Shown here piece after piece: positions 1 through 14,365 of a DNA stretch of 64,000 nt. Source of the DNA: Eledone cirrhosa (lineage: Eukaryota); the NCBI GenBank assembly GCA_964016885.1, contig OZ024741.1, forward strand, positions 31,620,001 to 31,684,000, in the 5' to 3' direction. Both the position numbers and the translations under genes were made by a program. Within the stretch, counting starts at the first letter, position 1. Each line of letters begins with the position of its first letter. The notes under the pieces are model-generated. The model saw only the letters and a list, made by a program, of their open reading frames with translations. It had not been told where the DNA came from and did no database searches.

Positions 1-1790
1 ATGTTCGCAACAACGCAGCACGCCATTCTTCATTCACATATTCTTTGTCGATGAAATACATAGTCGGTGATAGTGTTGTATGCAAATTGATGATCGGGAA
101 GTAGTTTTGATTCCATTTCAAACACATATCTAGCTAGAGTGTCGACCTCATAAGATGTTTCTTGGATGATGAGAGTTGGAATTTTAATAGAATCAGTGCG
201 GTGGGATTGTGGCAGACCGTATGCTGGCAAGGCATTCCCACCCATAAGGAAAATCATGTCCTCTATGTCTATAAGCCCTTTATTGTATAAATCATCACTG
301 AAATCTACTTCTATGTCAGGAAGTAGTAGTTGAGCCTGGTGCAGGAAGTCCTCTGACAGTTGGTTCCGAAACTTCAACCACAATGTGTAGGTATCACAAA
401 TGTTACATAAGTGAAGAAGCTTTGGAAAGAGCTCTCGTAGGTTTCCAGTTGAGTGTGATGAAGCGATCTCCGCCAAGGTTGCATCCCATCGTGAGTCATC
501 TTCAAGGATTCCACGAGCCAAACAGGCATCTCTGTATGTAGACCAAACACGATTACCGTAAGTTCTGAGGTCCTGAAAACTGGTTGGTCCTTTGGCCTCA
601 TGCAGTAGCATTCGAAGATAGAAGCACTCGTGTTGATTTGGAGGAATCGTATACACTCGCCCCAAGCAATTAGTGAATTTGATCCCTGGAACTCCAATAA
701 CTGGTTGGCCAGTCTTTCTGCGACTCCATGTTTTTTTTTATTCCATGTGTAGTATGATGGCACCCGAGGATACATCAATAATTTTGCGAAGTCATCGTAT
801 TCGCACAGTTTGAAAAATCCAGTTAAAGTTGTCTCCCTTGGGGTGTGTGCCAATTCAGCGGCATTTTTGTTGGTATAGTACATCCGTTGACCGTGTTCTA
901 GGTTTACATCTAATTATACGATTGAAGGGTGCCTATCATGTATTGGAAAACCGAAGATTCGCCAAAAGGCCTCGCTACTACTTATGTAGCGCCCTACTTG
1001 GAATTGTGTTACTTCGTCTCTATTGTTTTCATTGAGTATACCGAACGTAGCAGCGTCAGAACCCTTATTAACATATTTACATATGTATTTGAGGCACTAG
1101 ACGGAGCTGCAGAATTCAACATTAATGTGTGCGTTGAAAGTACTGAGCAGGAGTGGATAATAGGGAATGATCCATCGGTTGTCAACCTCGCCATTTTTAA
1201 CCCTTACCGTAAAACCTCCCTCTTCACGTCGCCTACGTCTATATAATGGGTAGCCATCATTGCTAGTCTGAGTATCGCGAATAAATTGACGGGGAAATTT
1301 TTTAGTGCATCTTTTATTGCCTGTAACGCATAGTAAATCAGTTCTAAAGCCAGACCCACATGAACCATGCACCATACGTGCCCTAACTTTCATGTACAAG
1401 TCCTTGTCAGTGGAAGGATCGGGTAATTCTGCAGAGATGATCCTGTCAATGTCGTTAGGACTAACCTTTGTTGTCAGCCAAATAAGAATATGAGCATGGG
1501 GGAGGCCCCTTTTTGCCATTCGATTGTGTACATGTCACATTGAACTGGTCCGAAAATCTCACCTAATTTGATAAGATCCATAAGCTTAGTAACTTAAGAC
1601 GGAATACTCTAGCCACGAGATCATGTCGGCGTGTGGCCTTCTGACCAGGAAGGAGTTCGCCCTCAATCTCCTTCCAATTGAGGTTACAAGTAAAAGTTAT
1701 AAATAAGTCTGGCCTGCCGTGATGCCGTACAATGGTCATGGCGTCCTGAGTCCTTTCATGCATATATCGAGGGCTTCCCGTGAAGGTAGA
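1..1790 (-). mobile_element. Helitron Rep (HUH endonuclease) region, frameshifted relic running off the left edge
   Basis: Successive minus-strand ORF pieces carry RepHel motifs: GRPDLFITFTCN (1563-1763), KRGLPHAHILIW HUH motif and DNRWIIPY..FNAHINVE (1097-1519), TTLTGFF (374-883), YLRMLL..KGPTSFQDLRT (30-665). Confidence 0.9.
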
Positions 1791-1850
1791 TGAGCAACAG
1801 CAACTAACATGTATGAATATATGTACAACAATAACAGGGTTAGCTAAATA

Positions 1851-1978
1851 CCACCACCACTACCACCACTACCACCACCAACACGACCACCACGACCACC
1901 ACTACATCCACCACCACCACCACGACCTCCACCACAACCACCACCACCACCACCACAACCACCACTACCAACACAACC

Positions 1979-2009
<31 letters not shown>

Positions 2010-2010
2010 T
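1851..2010. repeat. (CAC/CAA)n trinucleotide microsatellite
   Basis: Directly visible; explains the poly-His ORF 1780-2040. Confidence 0.95.
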
Positions 2011-2160
2011 AACCCAAATACTTTCATTAGTAAAGAGTAGAGTTTTTCTAGCATGAAAGATAATGTCTTTTAATTTAGAAATATTAATGAAGGGTCTTGC
2101 AAAATCTGATTGTATACGTATGTGTGTATATAATTGTATTTTATATGTATCTGTTGTAAT

Positions 2161-2262
<102 letters not shown>

Positions 2263-2377
2263 TGTGTGTGTGTGTGTGTGTATTTTTATTAAGGTGGTGA
2301 CGTAACTTTTTGTAGATATGTGTGTGTGTGTGTGTATATATGTGTATTTTTATATATATGTTTATGTGTGTATATAT

Positions 2378-2430
2378 GTAATAGCCTCAGAAAGGGCTTG
2401 AGCTCTGCCGTTGGGGGTCATACTTTTTCC

Positions 2431-2493
<63 letters not shown>

Positions 2494-2837
2494 CTATGTA
2501 TATGTATGTATATATGTGTGTATTTGTATGGTTGTGTGTGTGTATATATATATGTATGTATGTGTATGTATATGCATAATTACATACAGAGTGATTTAAT
2601 GCTTATTTACATTGATTATTTGCTCCAGGAACTTGTTGAGTTCTCTAATTCAGCTATAAACATTTATACCCTTATCTATTTATTTATTTATTTATTATTT
2701 GTCGTATTCCCAACTATTTATTTACCCCTTTCACCTTTTTATTTTTATATATATATAATATTTATGTATTTTCTTATATATATAATATATGTGTGTATGT
2801 ATGTGTTTGTATGTACGTGTGTATATATGTATGTTTA

Positions 2838-2877
<40 letters not shown>

Positions 2878-3228
2878 CATACATGTGTGTGTGTGTGTCT
2901 GTGTATTTGTACGTGTATGTATATGTGTATGTATGTATATGTATGTATATGTATATATATATATATATGTATGTATATATATATATATGTGTATGTATAT
3001 ATGTGTGTGTATGTATATATATGTGTGTGTGTGCATGTGTGTTTATTTTTCCTTTCCTTCTTCCTTTTCCAGCCTCACTCTCATATAGATTATATTTTTG
3101 TTTTTAAAATCCAATGTCAATAAATACACCAGGACTTTTTCATTCTGATGATTGAAAGCAAAATGTGTTTGCTTTCAAGAAACCACTGGTAAATGAAATA
3201 ATTACCTTATGTTGTTTATTACATAATT
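2378..3228 (+). mobile_element. Composite repeat A, copy 1 (probable truncated PLE 3' end with HHR)
   Basis: Colinear with 17772-19082 (e.g. ttgctccaggaacttgttgag, ccttttccagcctcac); ends in an HHR. Confidence 0.7.
3138..3198 (+). ncRNA. Type I hammerhead ribozyme, canonical core (family A)
   Basis: tttcatt-CTGATGA-ttgaaagcaaa..tttgctttcaa-GAAA-ccactgg-TA-aatgaaa; stems I-III pair; predicted cleavage after 3191. Confidence 0.88.
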
Positions 3229-3291
3229 ATATATATATATATATATATTAATTCAAAATATTAACAAAATAGATATTCTTGTGATCAATTA

Positions 3292-3357
3292 TATTTTATT
3301 ATACATTTTCAGAGGTACTGAGTTAAGTTCAACAGTACGTCCTCATCAGATAAAATA
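3292..3357 (-). ncRNA. Type I hammerhead ribozyme, weak stem III
   Basis: Minus strand: tattttat-CTGATGA-ggacgtactg..cagtacctct-GAAA-atgta-TA-ataaaata; 8-bp stem I. Confidence 0.65.
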
Positions 3358-3636
3358 AGATGATGCATGACATACCCTGACATAGTAGATGGTTAAGATT
3401 CAGTCTTGTTTAACTTTTAAATATATATATATATATATACCTGATTAGTTTTTTCCGTTGTTTTGGTATTGTATGGTTGGGTTTTGCCTGCCGCAATTTT
3501 CAATTTGTCAAGCTGTCGAAACGTAATGTTATTACTCTAACGACCTGCACTTATTGAGTGCTTTGCTACTCATTCCTAATTGTAGGTCGACTTTGCTTGA
3601 TCGTAGCCAAATCTTCGATTTTACTAAGCTTCCACT

Positions 3637-3717
<81 letters not shown>

Positions 3718-3984
3718 CACGGTTATCGCTTGTTCCCATTCCGTCACCATGCAGAGTATAATCTCATATTAGCAATTAGTTACTTGTGTTGTCACCTTCT
3801 CATTTCGCTTAAATTAGATTATATATATAAACGTATTTAGATCTGGCGGGTGTTTGTGTATGTTAATGGATTTATATATGGGAGTGTATATATGTATTTA
3901 CATATAAGTTCGTGTTTATTTATGTATGCGTTTCTATTTATGTATTTATGTATGTATGTATGTATGTATATATATATATATATA

Positions 3985-4038
<54 letters not shown>

Positions 4039-4039
4039 C

Positions 4040-4084
<45 letters not shown>

Positions 4085-4273
4085 GAAAATAGAGAAATTA
4101 ATGTGAGCAAGAAGCCAACAGTAATTCATACATATAAGTGACTATTACGTCAAGATGGAAAATATTTAACGTAAGATATGGGAAAAATAATTTAATCTCA
4201 ATTCAAAAAAAGTCAAGACGGAAATTTTATCCACAGATTTTGTGTAATCCAGGGAAAAACCAATAGAATCTTA

Positions 4274-4305
<32 letters not shown>

Positions 4306-4307
4306 GG

Positions 4308-4449
<142 letters not shown>

Positions 4450-5197
4450 AGAACATGAACGAAAACCGCAAAGTACACTATCTAACGTTCTAACGATTCT
4501 GATAATTATCCATCTATAAATTTTATGGAAAACGTTAATAATCTATCTTGGGCGTAAAGTCATTTTCATGGCGTATATCTAATGAACGGAAAGTATTAAG
4601 AAAAGGAACAACACGGCATTGTTATCTATAATGACTTCTTTATTGGCATAAAAATGATTTTAATGATTTTTCCGCCACTAATAGTTTGGAATTTTCGTAA
4701 GCTCAGAAGATACTTACAATCAGCGACTCTGTAGCGTTCTGAGAAAAGGTGAAACGCGTGATGTCGTCCCTGAACTAATGAAACTCGTTTAAGATATATA
4801 TACACATCGAAATTATACAAGTATATTAATCATATATTATTTGGTGTCACGGATTTAGCTAAAACAGTGGTGTGTTAGCGCTTTTGCAGTAATTTAGTAT
4901 ATACGAGACCATCCGATCTCTTCAAAATGTTTTTTTTAAAATCATGTCACTTAAAAATAATTTTAGATAATTAAAATATACACAGACATGTATATAAGGT
5001 GAAATGAAACTGGAAGGCCCATATGTGTGTATGTATATATATAAATTTGTGTGTTTGTATACATATATATATGTATGTGTGTGTATATATATATATATAT
5101 ATATACATACACACACACATACATATCACATACATATATATATATATATGTATATATATATACGTGTGTGTCTGTGATATTTATGCACTGGTCATAG

Positions 5198-5448
<251 letters not shown>

Positions 5449-6736
5449 ATATATACACCAACACGAACACCAACAGCTCTCTCTCTTTCATTCTCCTTTA
5501 AATCTACTCTCTCACAAACACTATCTATTTCTCTCTATCCTTCTCTCTCTCTAATTATGAAGATATCTAGAAAACCCAATATCTCGGGATCCCATGGTCC
5601 GATTTACGTGAAACTTGTTTGTATTCCTATTTCAGGGGCAACTTCCTTTCAAAGTATTTTCCCATTATGCGCCCTTTTGGCTGTATTACATTACAGACAA
5701 GCAAGCAATCACAGACTTTTAGTAATATATATATTACTAAAAGTTATATATATATATATATATGTATACATACATGTATGTGCGTGTGTGTGTGTGTGTG
5801 GTTGACGGTTGAGAAAAAAGAGTACTCAATATTGAAGTAGAGTTTTAATATTCATTTATATTGAGGCTAAATAGTGGAGTTTCATCTGTTTATCAGAGGG
5901 TCATCAGACAAATATTTATATATGTATACATAGAAATTTCAAATAAATCATATATTGCAAATTGGATAGGCACATGTTTCTGTGAGCTGGGTGTATAATG
6001 AGAACACAATCACGAATCTTCTTCAGTCGAGGGACAAATAAAATATATTTATATTGGGTTGAGGATATAACTGACTTCAATTCAAATATCTGTTATTTGC
6101 TCTCAGTCTGATATTTAAATGGAAATGAGTTACAGACTTGATACAAATTACATCTATTTTATTTGTTCTCCGACTACAGAAATTTCTGCTGCTGTTTTTA
6201 ATATACACCCAGCAAATAGAAACACCTACGTGTCCCAGGTATATGATATATATCAATTTTGATATATTTACCTCGAGTTATTTTATATTCAGTTAAATTA
6301 CCTAGCACTATATTAATTTATATTTAAGCTGTTTCATTGTGCTCTCTGGCAGAAGTTTTCAAACGAAAATACACTTCCTGTCGTATTTTGAGAAATATTT
6401 ATAATATATAGTTGCAGAGCGTTAGTGAAACCTAAATTTGTTGACTCATCCTGCTGTAGATTTTCTACGGGTAAAGAAAACAGATATGGATAAACATGCA
6501 TTTTAACATAATTTTTACATCCTGCGTTTAATAAAGTCCTTGTCGTAGGTATATGTGGAAGAATATTGTTGTAATTGAGATAAATGAATGTACAGTAAAT
6601 GGCGGTGATAGCTGGAGTCAGTGCTATTGAATGAGAAGGTCGAAGCAAATCGAGAATTCAAAGATATTTACATAGAAAGTTGCAGCCAAGGAATTATGAA
6701 ACTAAATAGTTTTTAGTATAAACACTATCATTTTTA

Positions 6737-6807
6737 CCGGATACTCGACGGACCCTTTAAAATGGTAGTAGAAAAAAAAAATATATATATATATAAATAT
6801 ATACACT

Positions 6808-6881
<74 letters not shown>

Positions 6882-7010
6882 CAGACACACACACATATGC
6901 GTGTGTGTAGGTGTGTGTGTGTATATACATCTTACATTTCCCTCGTTGGCTTCAATTGGCGGTGAAAAACGGTGTGAAGTTAAATGTTCAACTAATACAA
7001 ATATGAAATA

Positions 7011-7020
<10 letters not shown>
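6737..7020 (-). mobile_element. Repeat family B, truncated copy
   Basis: ctcgacggaccctttaaaatg and catcttacatttccc..ttaaatgttca blocks shared with 14006-14490 and 20143-20553. Confidence 0.7.
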
Positions 7021-7072
<52 letters not shown>

Positions 7073-7076
<4 letters not shown>

Positions 7077-7269
7077 AAAAGAGTCAGTACCCCGACGGCT
7101 GAGCTCCATCTGTTTCGACCACTTGATCCGAACTGAGCCAGCTGGCTTAGTTCGTATTTAGTTGTCAAAACGGCTAGAGCTCAGCCGTCGGGAACCTGAC
7201 TCTTTTCCTATTATCCACTCTACTACCCATAGTATCGAGCACCCTGGTGCGTTATGGTCCACCTGGTTC
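7073..7269. mobile_element. Fold-back PLE pLTR remnant (hairpin 7073-7211 plus one-sided tail), family C
   Basis: aggaaaagagtcag..cgacggctgagctc / gagctcagccgtcg..ctgactcttttcct arms around a ccagctgg centre; arms are homologous to the HHR 3' half at 30521-30570. Confidence 0.75.
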
Positions 7270-7288
7270 CTTAACACACTTCCTTCGT

Positions 7289-7723
<435 letters not shown>

Positions 7724-7937
7724 CAGTCTGTCTATATATTTATTTATTTATTTGCTTGTTTGTTTATCTTATTTTATTTTGTCTTCTTTGCGCATGCGTT
7801 TGCGTGTGTGTATAGTGTTATGTGTGATGTGTGACTAGTGTGTATAGTGTTGTGTCTGCTGGGTGACTAGTGTGTGTTTATGTGCTTGTGTATGTATTTA
7901 TTTATCTTATTTTATTTAATTTAATTTACTTATTTAT

Positions 7938-10900
7938 TTATACTTCTCTTAGGTCAGTGTTGTTTGTTTGGGTGTTGTTGTTGTTCCACTCATTCTTTCT
8001 GTTTAGCTTTGGTCTTCTAATTTCTATTTCACTGGCCTCTCTGATTTGCCTATCTGCTGGGTCATTCCTATGTTTAGATATTATTCTAATTTCTATGTTG
8101 TCTATGTTACCGTCATGATGTTGTCTAGCATGTTCGTATAGTACTGACCCGTTTTTTCGTCCTTTTAGTTCCCCCCAGTGTTGGTCTATCCTTTCACCTA
8201 TGCTACGAGCTGTCTCACCTATGTATGTTGTTGTCGTGTTTCTGCAAGTACCCTCTGTACATCTTATGCTATAGACTACGTTTCTAGTTTTACAGTTTAT
8301 CCGGGGGTTCACCTTACATATGATACATTTCCTATTGGTACAGTGGGTTTTCTTAAAAGGGTAGGTTTTGCTGATCAGGGATTTTATGGTGGTTCCTGGC
8401 TTTTCTACCACCTTTATTTTTAAGTGGGTCTTTCTCAGGGCCTTTCTACACTGGTTAGCTAATTTCCCTCCAGGGGTGGCGTCCACAAACATGACACTCT
8501 GATATCTCTGGTTGTCGTACCATGATGTGGCCTTCCCTATCTTATGTCTAGCCCTATCTAAGCTATTCCATGATTTGCTCCTGTATAGTGGGCAAATTCC
8601 TTTCATGTCCAGTTCTATGAGGGTCTTATACTTTTCCATGGCTCCTTCGTATACTCTGACTCTGTCTCTTTGGTTGTAGCCAGAGAACTGCATGCGGTTG
8701 ATGAAGTGTTGGATGTGTCCTTCCATTTCTGTTGGGTCGCACATGCTGGACACATTCTTCATCACTCGTACCAAATCTGCGATCAGAATATTAAACTTAG
8801 CACTACTGGACATTGCTGAGTTTTTGAGTATCAGGTATTTGGAGGCCATGGGTTTAGCATAGTGTGAGTGGAGAATTTGGGCTCTCTCGTCTATAGTGTT
8901 GATCCAGAGTTCTGTGTCTAATACAGGTAGTCTATTGTTAGGGTGTTTGGAAGGGAAGTCTATAGTTACAGTTATACTCTGGTGTATGGAATTAGCTATC
9001 TGCTGGATGCTTTCCATCGTGCTACGTTCTAAATCAAACTTGTTAGTGCTCTCTAGTGGGGGTGTTCTTATAACTATATTGATATCGTCTACATAACGAG
9101 AGTACATGATGAGGTCTATGGAGCTTTCATTAAGGAGATCTTTAAGTCTCCTTTCCCACCATACCATGAAAAGGTTGGCAACATCGCCAGCTATGCTGAC
9201 GCCGATGGCTGCTCCCTCATTTTGGGTGTAGATTTTCTCATTGAACTTAAATATGTGGCCCTTTAGGGTAGTTTTGATACTAGCCCCTATTGCATGTGCG
9301 ACCATTTTTCTTACCTGATCAGTGTTTTGGGGGGTCCGTATAGCTTTGGTCCACCCAATCCACCTTCCTATGGGAGTCTTTTTAGCCATTGAGGTTATGG
9401 TGGGGGGTCTACCTCTTATAGGTCTACTAGGGCAGAAACATCTAAGGTCATGGCTGTCTAGGTAGTCAGTGTCGTAGGTAAGTCTAAGTAGGAGGCCCAG
9501 TTCGTCTGTGTCGACGTCGCAGAACTCCACCTCACTCTCAATGATCATCTCCACACATCTTTTCACAGCAAAATCAATGTTAATGGATGGGTACAGTGAC
9601 ACCACATCCATGCTGCCTATTATGCAGTTGGATAGGCTCCTGTTTTTGTTGCACTCACTGATTCTGCTGAGGAGGTCCTCTGTACTTTCACATACATCTG
9701 GGGACATCTTGATTATGGGGCGTATAACCATTGAGAGGAAGTAGGAGATCCTGTAGTTGCTAGCTATATTAGCTCCGCATACAGGTCTTGTTGGTGGTCC
9801 TATTGTCGGGTCGTCGACTGTCTTGTGGTCTTTGCGGAGCCCATACAAGGGTGGTATGCCATTGTTAGACGCCTGGAAGTTGTTGGCAGTGCGTCTGCTT
9901 GGCTTTAGGATGTCAGTCCACATCATCATGTGAGCGTTGAGGATTTTTTCTCTCCCATCGTGTGTTAGTTGTGCAACTTCGCTCGTGTTGGTGATGTGGG
10001 GTTGCATTGCCTCGATGTAGTTCGGCATGCTATCTATTGACATCCTACCAGACTTATCTGTGGGTAGACACACTACCTCACCATCCCTTGTGCGCTGCTT
10101 GAGGCTAACCAAGCCTTCTACAGGTTTTATCCCAAGTTGTTGGGCCTCTGGTCTGCTCTGTCTCATAGTGTACCTGTCTACTACTTGTCTAATCTTATTT
10201 CTAGCTATGGTGAACTGTGCCTCCGTCTCGTCATCTATTTGTTGTGGTATGCAAACTCTTTTATTAAAGGGTAACCTCGTAGGATAGATATTACCCATCT
10301 TATATGTTTTGTCAGCTGGGTTGAAAAATAGTTTCTCTAAGGGGTTGTCGTTATTTCTATCGTCATAGTTGTGTGTGTTGCTATTATTGTTATCATGGTG
10401 GTTGTTGTTGTTTCTATCCTTAGCATTAATATTATTATTGTTATGATTGCTAGATGTATTGTTGTTTACTTCACCGTTATTGTTGTTGTTGTTACTGCTA
10501 TTTCTACCATTGTGGTTGTTACTATTATTATGTTTCTTGTTTTTGTTGATGTTGCTACATGTACTATTTCCATTATTACCACTGTGGTTATTGTTGTTGT
10601 TGTTGTTCGTATTGTTACCGTTATTACTACTGTGGTCACTGTTGCTGTGTCTGTGGTTAACGTTTCTATTATTATTATTATTGTGGTTGTTGTTGTTCTG
10701 TCTATCGCTAGTATTATTACCATTATCACTATTTCTCACTTTCCTGCCATTGTTATGGTTATGGCTGTTATTTCTATACCCAGAGTTATTGTTTATATTA
10801 CTACTACCGTTATTATTGTTGTTGTTGTTTACCTTTGCATTCCAACGTATTTTTGTGAAACACTTTTCCAGCTCCGTTTTGCATTCCATAGGATTAATCT

Positions 10901-11570
10901 TTTTGTAGATGGCAAATTTTGGTGGTAACTTTAGGATTTGTTGTTCTTGTTCACTGATTAAAGTGTTCCCATAGATATTTACTGTGTGGTCATTGGTAAA
11001 TTCTTCCGGTAGTTTTACATCACTCATACGGATGTTGTCGATGTTATCTGGGTATTTTTGAGAATATTCGATTTTCCTTTCTTGTAGTTTTTTCTTATTC
11101 ATCCATTCTAATTTCTTCTTGAAATGCCTACAGCATTCGTTTTGAGCATATTTCGTTTCGCGTCGGATGACGCTCATGAAGTCATCTCTCTCGTTTGCTG
11201 TGATGAGATTTCGGATTTCCTTACCGTTGATGCGTTTTTGTCTGTAGAGTGCGTTGACTTTTGTGTATGTTGTTCTTTTCATATTAACTGTTATTGTGTG
11301 TTTTAGCCGTTCAGCTTGTATTTTGTTCAATAATAAATTATTTACTTGTTTTGATATGTTTGTTGTGTATGTTTTGGAGGAAACACAGTGTTTTAAGAAG
11401 CGGATTTGTTCTGTTGTTATTGTAGTTTTTATATAACAGAAAACAGTGTCTTTCAATAACCTTTCAGCTTGGCACAAGCTAATGCCATAGCGGCGATGAA
11501 TTAGTTTTGCGAGGTTTTTTATATGAAATCGTGTGTCGAAACAGATATTGTTATATTTGGGGAGGGTCAT
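7938..11570 (-). CDS. PLE reverse transcriptase + C-terminal GIY-YIG endonuclease (1210 aa)
   Basis: LPTDKSG, LYGLRKDHK, SMDVVSLYPSI, QNEGAAIG, YSRYVDD; Cys knuckle then VVYSIRC..YIGETARSIGERIDQH; no internal stops. Confidence 0.95.
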   Translation of the reverse strand: MTLPKYNNICFDTRFHIKNLAKLIHRRYGISLCQAERLLKDTVFCYIKTTITTEQIRFLKHCVSSKTYTTNISKQVNNLLLNKIQAERLKHTITVNMKRTTYTKVNALYRQKRINGKEIRNLITANERDDFMSVIRRETKYAQNECCRHFKKKLEWMNKKKLQERKIEYSQKYPDNIDNIRMSDVKLPEEFTNDHTVNIYGNTLISEQEQQILKLPPKFAIYKKINPMECKTELEKCFTKIRWNAKVNNNNNNNGSSNINNNSGYRNNSHNHNNGRKVRNSDNGNNTSDRQNNNNHNNNNNRNVNHRHSNSDHSSNNGNNTNNNNNNNHSGNNGNSTCSNINKNKKHNNSNNHNGRNSSNNNNNNGEVNNNTSSNHNNNNINAKDRNNNNHHDNNNSNTHNYDDRNNDNPLEKLFFNPADKTYKMGNIYPTRLPFNKRVCIPQQIDDETEAQFTIARNKIRQVVDRYTMRQSRPEAQQLGIKPVEGLVSLKQRTRDGEVVCLPTDKSGRMSIDSMPNYIEAMQPHITNTSEVAQLTHDGREKILNAHMMMWTDILKPSRRTANNFQASNNGIPPLYGLRKDHKTVDDPTIGPPTRPVCGANIASNYRISYFLSMVIRPIIKMSPDVCESTEDLLSRISECNKNRSLSNCIIGSMDVVSLYPSINIDFAVKRCVEMIIESEVEFCDVDTDELGLLLRLTYDTDYLDSHDLRCFCPSRPIRGRPPTITSMAKKTPIGRWIGWTKAIRTPQNTDQVRKMVAHAIGASIKTTLKGHIFKFNEKIYTQNEGAAIGVSIAGDVANLFMVWWERRLKDLLNESSIDLIMYSRYVDDINIVIRTPPLESTNKFDLERSTMESIQQIANSIHQSITVTIDFPSKHPNNRLPVLDTELWINTIDERAQILHSHYAKPMASKYLILKNSAMSSSAKFNILIADLVRVMKNVSSMCDPTEMEGHIQHFINRMQFSGYNQRDRVRVYEGAMEKYKTLIELDMKGICPLYRSKSWNSLDRARHKIGKATSWYDNQRYQSVMFVDATPGGKLANQCRKALRKTHLKIKVVEKPGTTIKSLISKTYPFKKTHCTNRKCIICKVNPRINCKTRNVVYSIRCTEGTCRNTTTTYIGETARSIGERIDQHWGELKGRKNGSVLYEHARQHHDGNIDNIEIRIISKHRNDPADRQIREASEIEIRRPKLNRKNEWNNNNTQTNNTDLREV

Positions 11571-11852
11571 ATTTGCGTAATATTGCCAGAATTAATAACA
11601 GAACACACTCACTGTTTGGTTGGTTTTCGCTTCTCGCTGTCTTTTATATACATATATCTGCGATCTAACTTACTCGGTCATCAATGTTGCCATTGACTGA
11701 CCGGCGGTCAAAAATAATACAGATACAATATAGACAAACACATATATATATAGTTTACATAAATCTTTCGTTGCACATCTGCAACATCGTCAGTGGTGTT
11801 ATATTCATTGTTCCTCCTGTTGTGTTGTATGTCTACGCCATTTTTTTTTGTT
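11545..11852 (-). repeat. 5' pseudo-LTR
   Basis: Direct repeat of 7416-7723, overlaps the ATG at 11570. Confidence 0.95.
11758..11795 (-). ncRNA. Minimal HHR motif in 5' pLTR
   Basis: Identical to 7629-7666. Confidence 0.6.
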
Positions 11853-11880
11853 ATATGTATATATGTATATTTATATATAC

Positions 11881-11928
<48 letters not shown>

Positions 11929-12052
11929 AAACAAGTTCATATTGGGGTGCCACTCCTTATTTTTAAGTTTCTCTCAAGCTAACAATGCCTATATTTCAGG
12001 TGCCTATCATTATTGTCATGTTTCTCTTAAGCTATATTTCAGGTGTCAACAG

Positions 12053-12118
<66 letters not shown>

Positions 12119-12129
12119 TTAATTGACCA

Positions 12130-13505
12130 ATAGAAAAGTAGTAAGAGGTCAAGTTGATAGAATAGTAGTATTAGAAATTTAATTTAGGGGTAGAGGGGTG
12201 CAGACTTATGTTTTGAATAGAAAGAATACTTTGAATGAAAAGAATACCTTGGGGAAGAAAAGAGTTCAAGCCGGTGAAGGGTACACGAAAAGTTGATGTT
12301 ATTAAAGAATAATGTTAAAAACGGAGGATAAAAAAATTTTAGGGTAAGGGTATTAGTGAGAAATACCAATCTTATTTAAACCACAAGGAATCTAGATCTA
12401 TAACAAGAAATTAAATTAATTGATACGTATACTTATAGGGATAAATTTATATTACTTCATATGGATGTGATAAATAAGAATTAGATGTTATTAAAGAATG
12501 TTGTTAAAAACGAAGGAAAATAAAATTTTGGAATAAGGGTAGTAGTTAGAAATACCAATCTTATATAAAGTACAAGGAATATAGATTCATAACAGGAAAT
12601 TAAATTAATTTATAAGTATACTTTTAGGTATTAATTTTAGGAAAAGAGAGCTGTAAGAGGGAAATAAAATTATGAAGTTCTCTGTAGTAAAGTACTAATT
12701 ATAGGTTAACTAAATTAAAAAAAACTAATTATAATAATATGTAAAATATAAGTGTAAGGTTAGGTTTATAATATTTGAATGTTATTCTAATTCTATGATT
12801 GCAAGATATAATTAATTCTTGTCGCTTATTTAATAGGATATCCTTAGATTTCATAACTTCAAAAAGTTCCTGGGAAAATAATCTACACTCATATCTGTTA
12901 TTTTGATAAGGGGTGGCCCTTTTGAGCACACTCCAGGTCAGGTTGTAATCGATATTCTTTTTTCTATAATTATTAATTGTTTCAGCCAAGGATGTTGTAT
13001 TAGCTAATGCAGCATTTTTAAAACTATGTTTGTGGGTATTAAATCTTATTTTAAATTGGTTAGACATAGATCCAATATATGAATAAGTGGAGTCCTTAGT
13101 GCTAATTTTACATTTATAGACTATGTTATTAATAAGACAATCTCCCTTTAATGGGCAATTTCTTTTGTTTCTACAGTTACAACCATTCGTGAATATTATA
13201 TCGGGAGAGTTAGTCAAATTTGGTGTGGAATTTATTTCACTTGTTATATGTGAAGGAGATGGTTGTTTGTTGCGGTTTATTTTAGTATTATGGTTAGTTT
13301 GATGTGTTGGTAGTATATTCGTGGTTTGTTTTACATTTATATGCGTTGTACGAACTTATATTTTGTTGTATATTTTTGCTAGTGGAGTAGAAAAATTTTA
13401 TAGTTGATCTATTTAAAATTTGATGGTATTTATGGTTTGGCGGGAAGTTTTTCTCTAGGACTGTAAAATATTTTTTAGGGATATTATCTTTAATTTGTAG
13501 ATTAA
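12130..13505 (-). mobile_element. 5'-truncated CxC-type PLE (Hydra-like clade, tentative): EN domain and 3' UTR
   Basis: [49 protein letters not shown]; ~189-bp tandem duplication in the UTR (about 12296-12640). Confidence 0.85.
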
Positions 13506-13590
13506 ATGTGTATATATATATACATGTATGCACATATATACACATATACATATACATATATACATATACATATATATACACACACATACA

Positions 13591-13650
<60 letters not shown>

Positions 13651-13775
13651 CACATATATACATATATATATATATTCATATATATATACACATATACACA
13701 TATATACATGTATACATATATACACATATATATACTTATACACATATATACATGTGTATACATATACATACGTAT

Positions 13776-13831
<56 letters not shown>

Positions 13832-13942
13832 CGTTATTCCGGGTTGTAGAATCTCATCTATATTATATATATATATATATACATATATATACATATATAC
13901 ACACATACACACACATACACACACATAAATATATATACACAT

Positions 13943-13990
<48 letters not shown>

Positions 13991-14005
13991 ATATATATAT
14001 ATATA

Positions 14006-14164
14006 TTGAAAGGATAAAAAGGACGATTGGTTACTCCTTCATTACATTTATTGGTAGGTGATGCGCGTTTCGCCACTGATCAGCCCAAGGTTCGATCTGT
14101 ATCGATCTTACCCGACTCTATACTCGGCCGCTCGACGGACCCTTTAAAATGCTAGTAGAAAATA

Positions 14165-14212
<48 letters not shown>

Positions 14213-14291
14213 AAAAATGGAGAGTTGCGTGGTTGCACATGGGTTACATATGAATTATAACCCATGTGCAACCACGCTTCACTTCATTTTT

Positions 14292-14365
<74 letters not shown>

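Noticed and set aside
8178-11436. Plus-strand hydrophobic ORFs antisense to the PLE
   Set aside because: Shadow frames of the Asn-rich tract and the RT ORF.
11580-11675. Intron in the PLE 5' UTR (GTAAGT on the minus strand near 11670)
   Set aside because: No convincing polypyrimidine tract or acceptor; needs transcript data.
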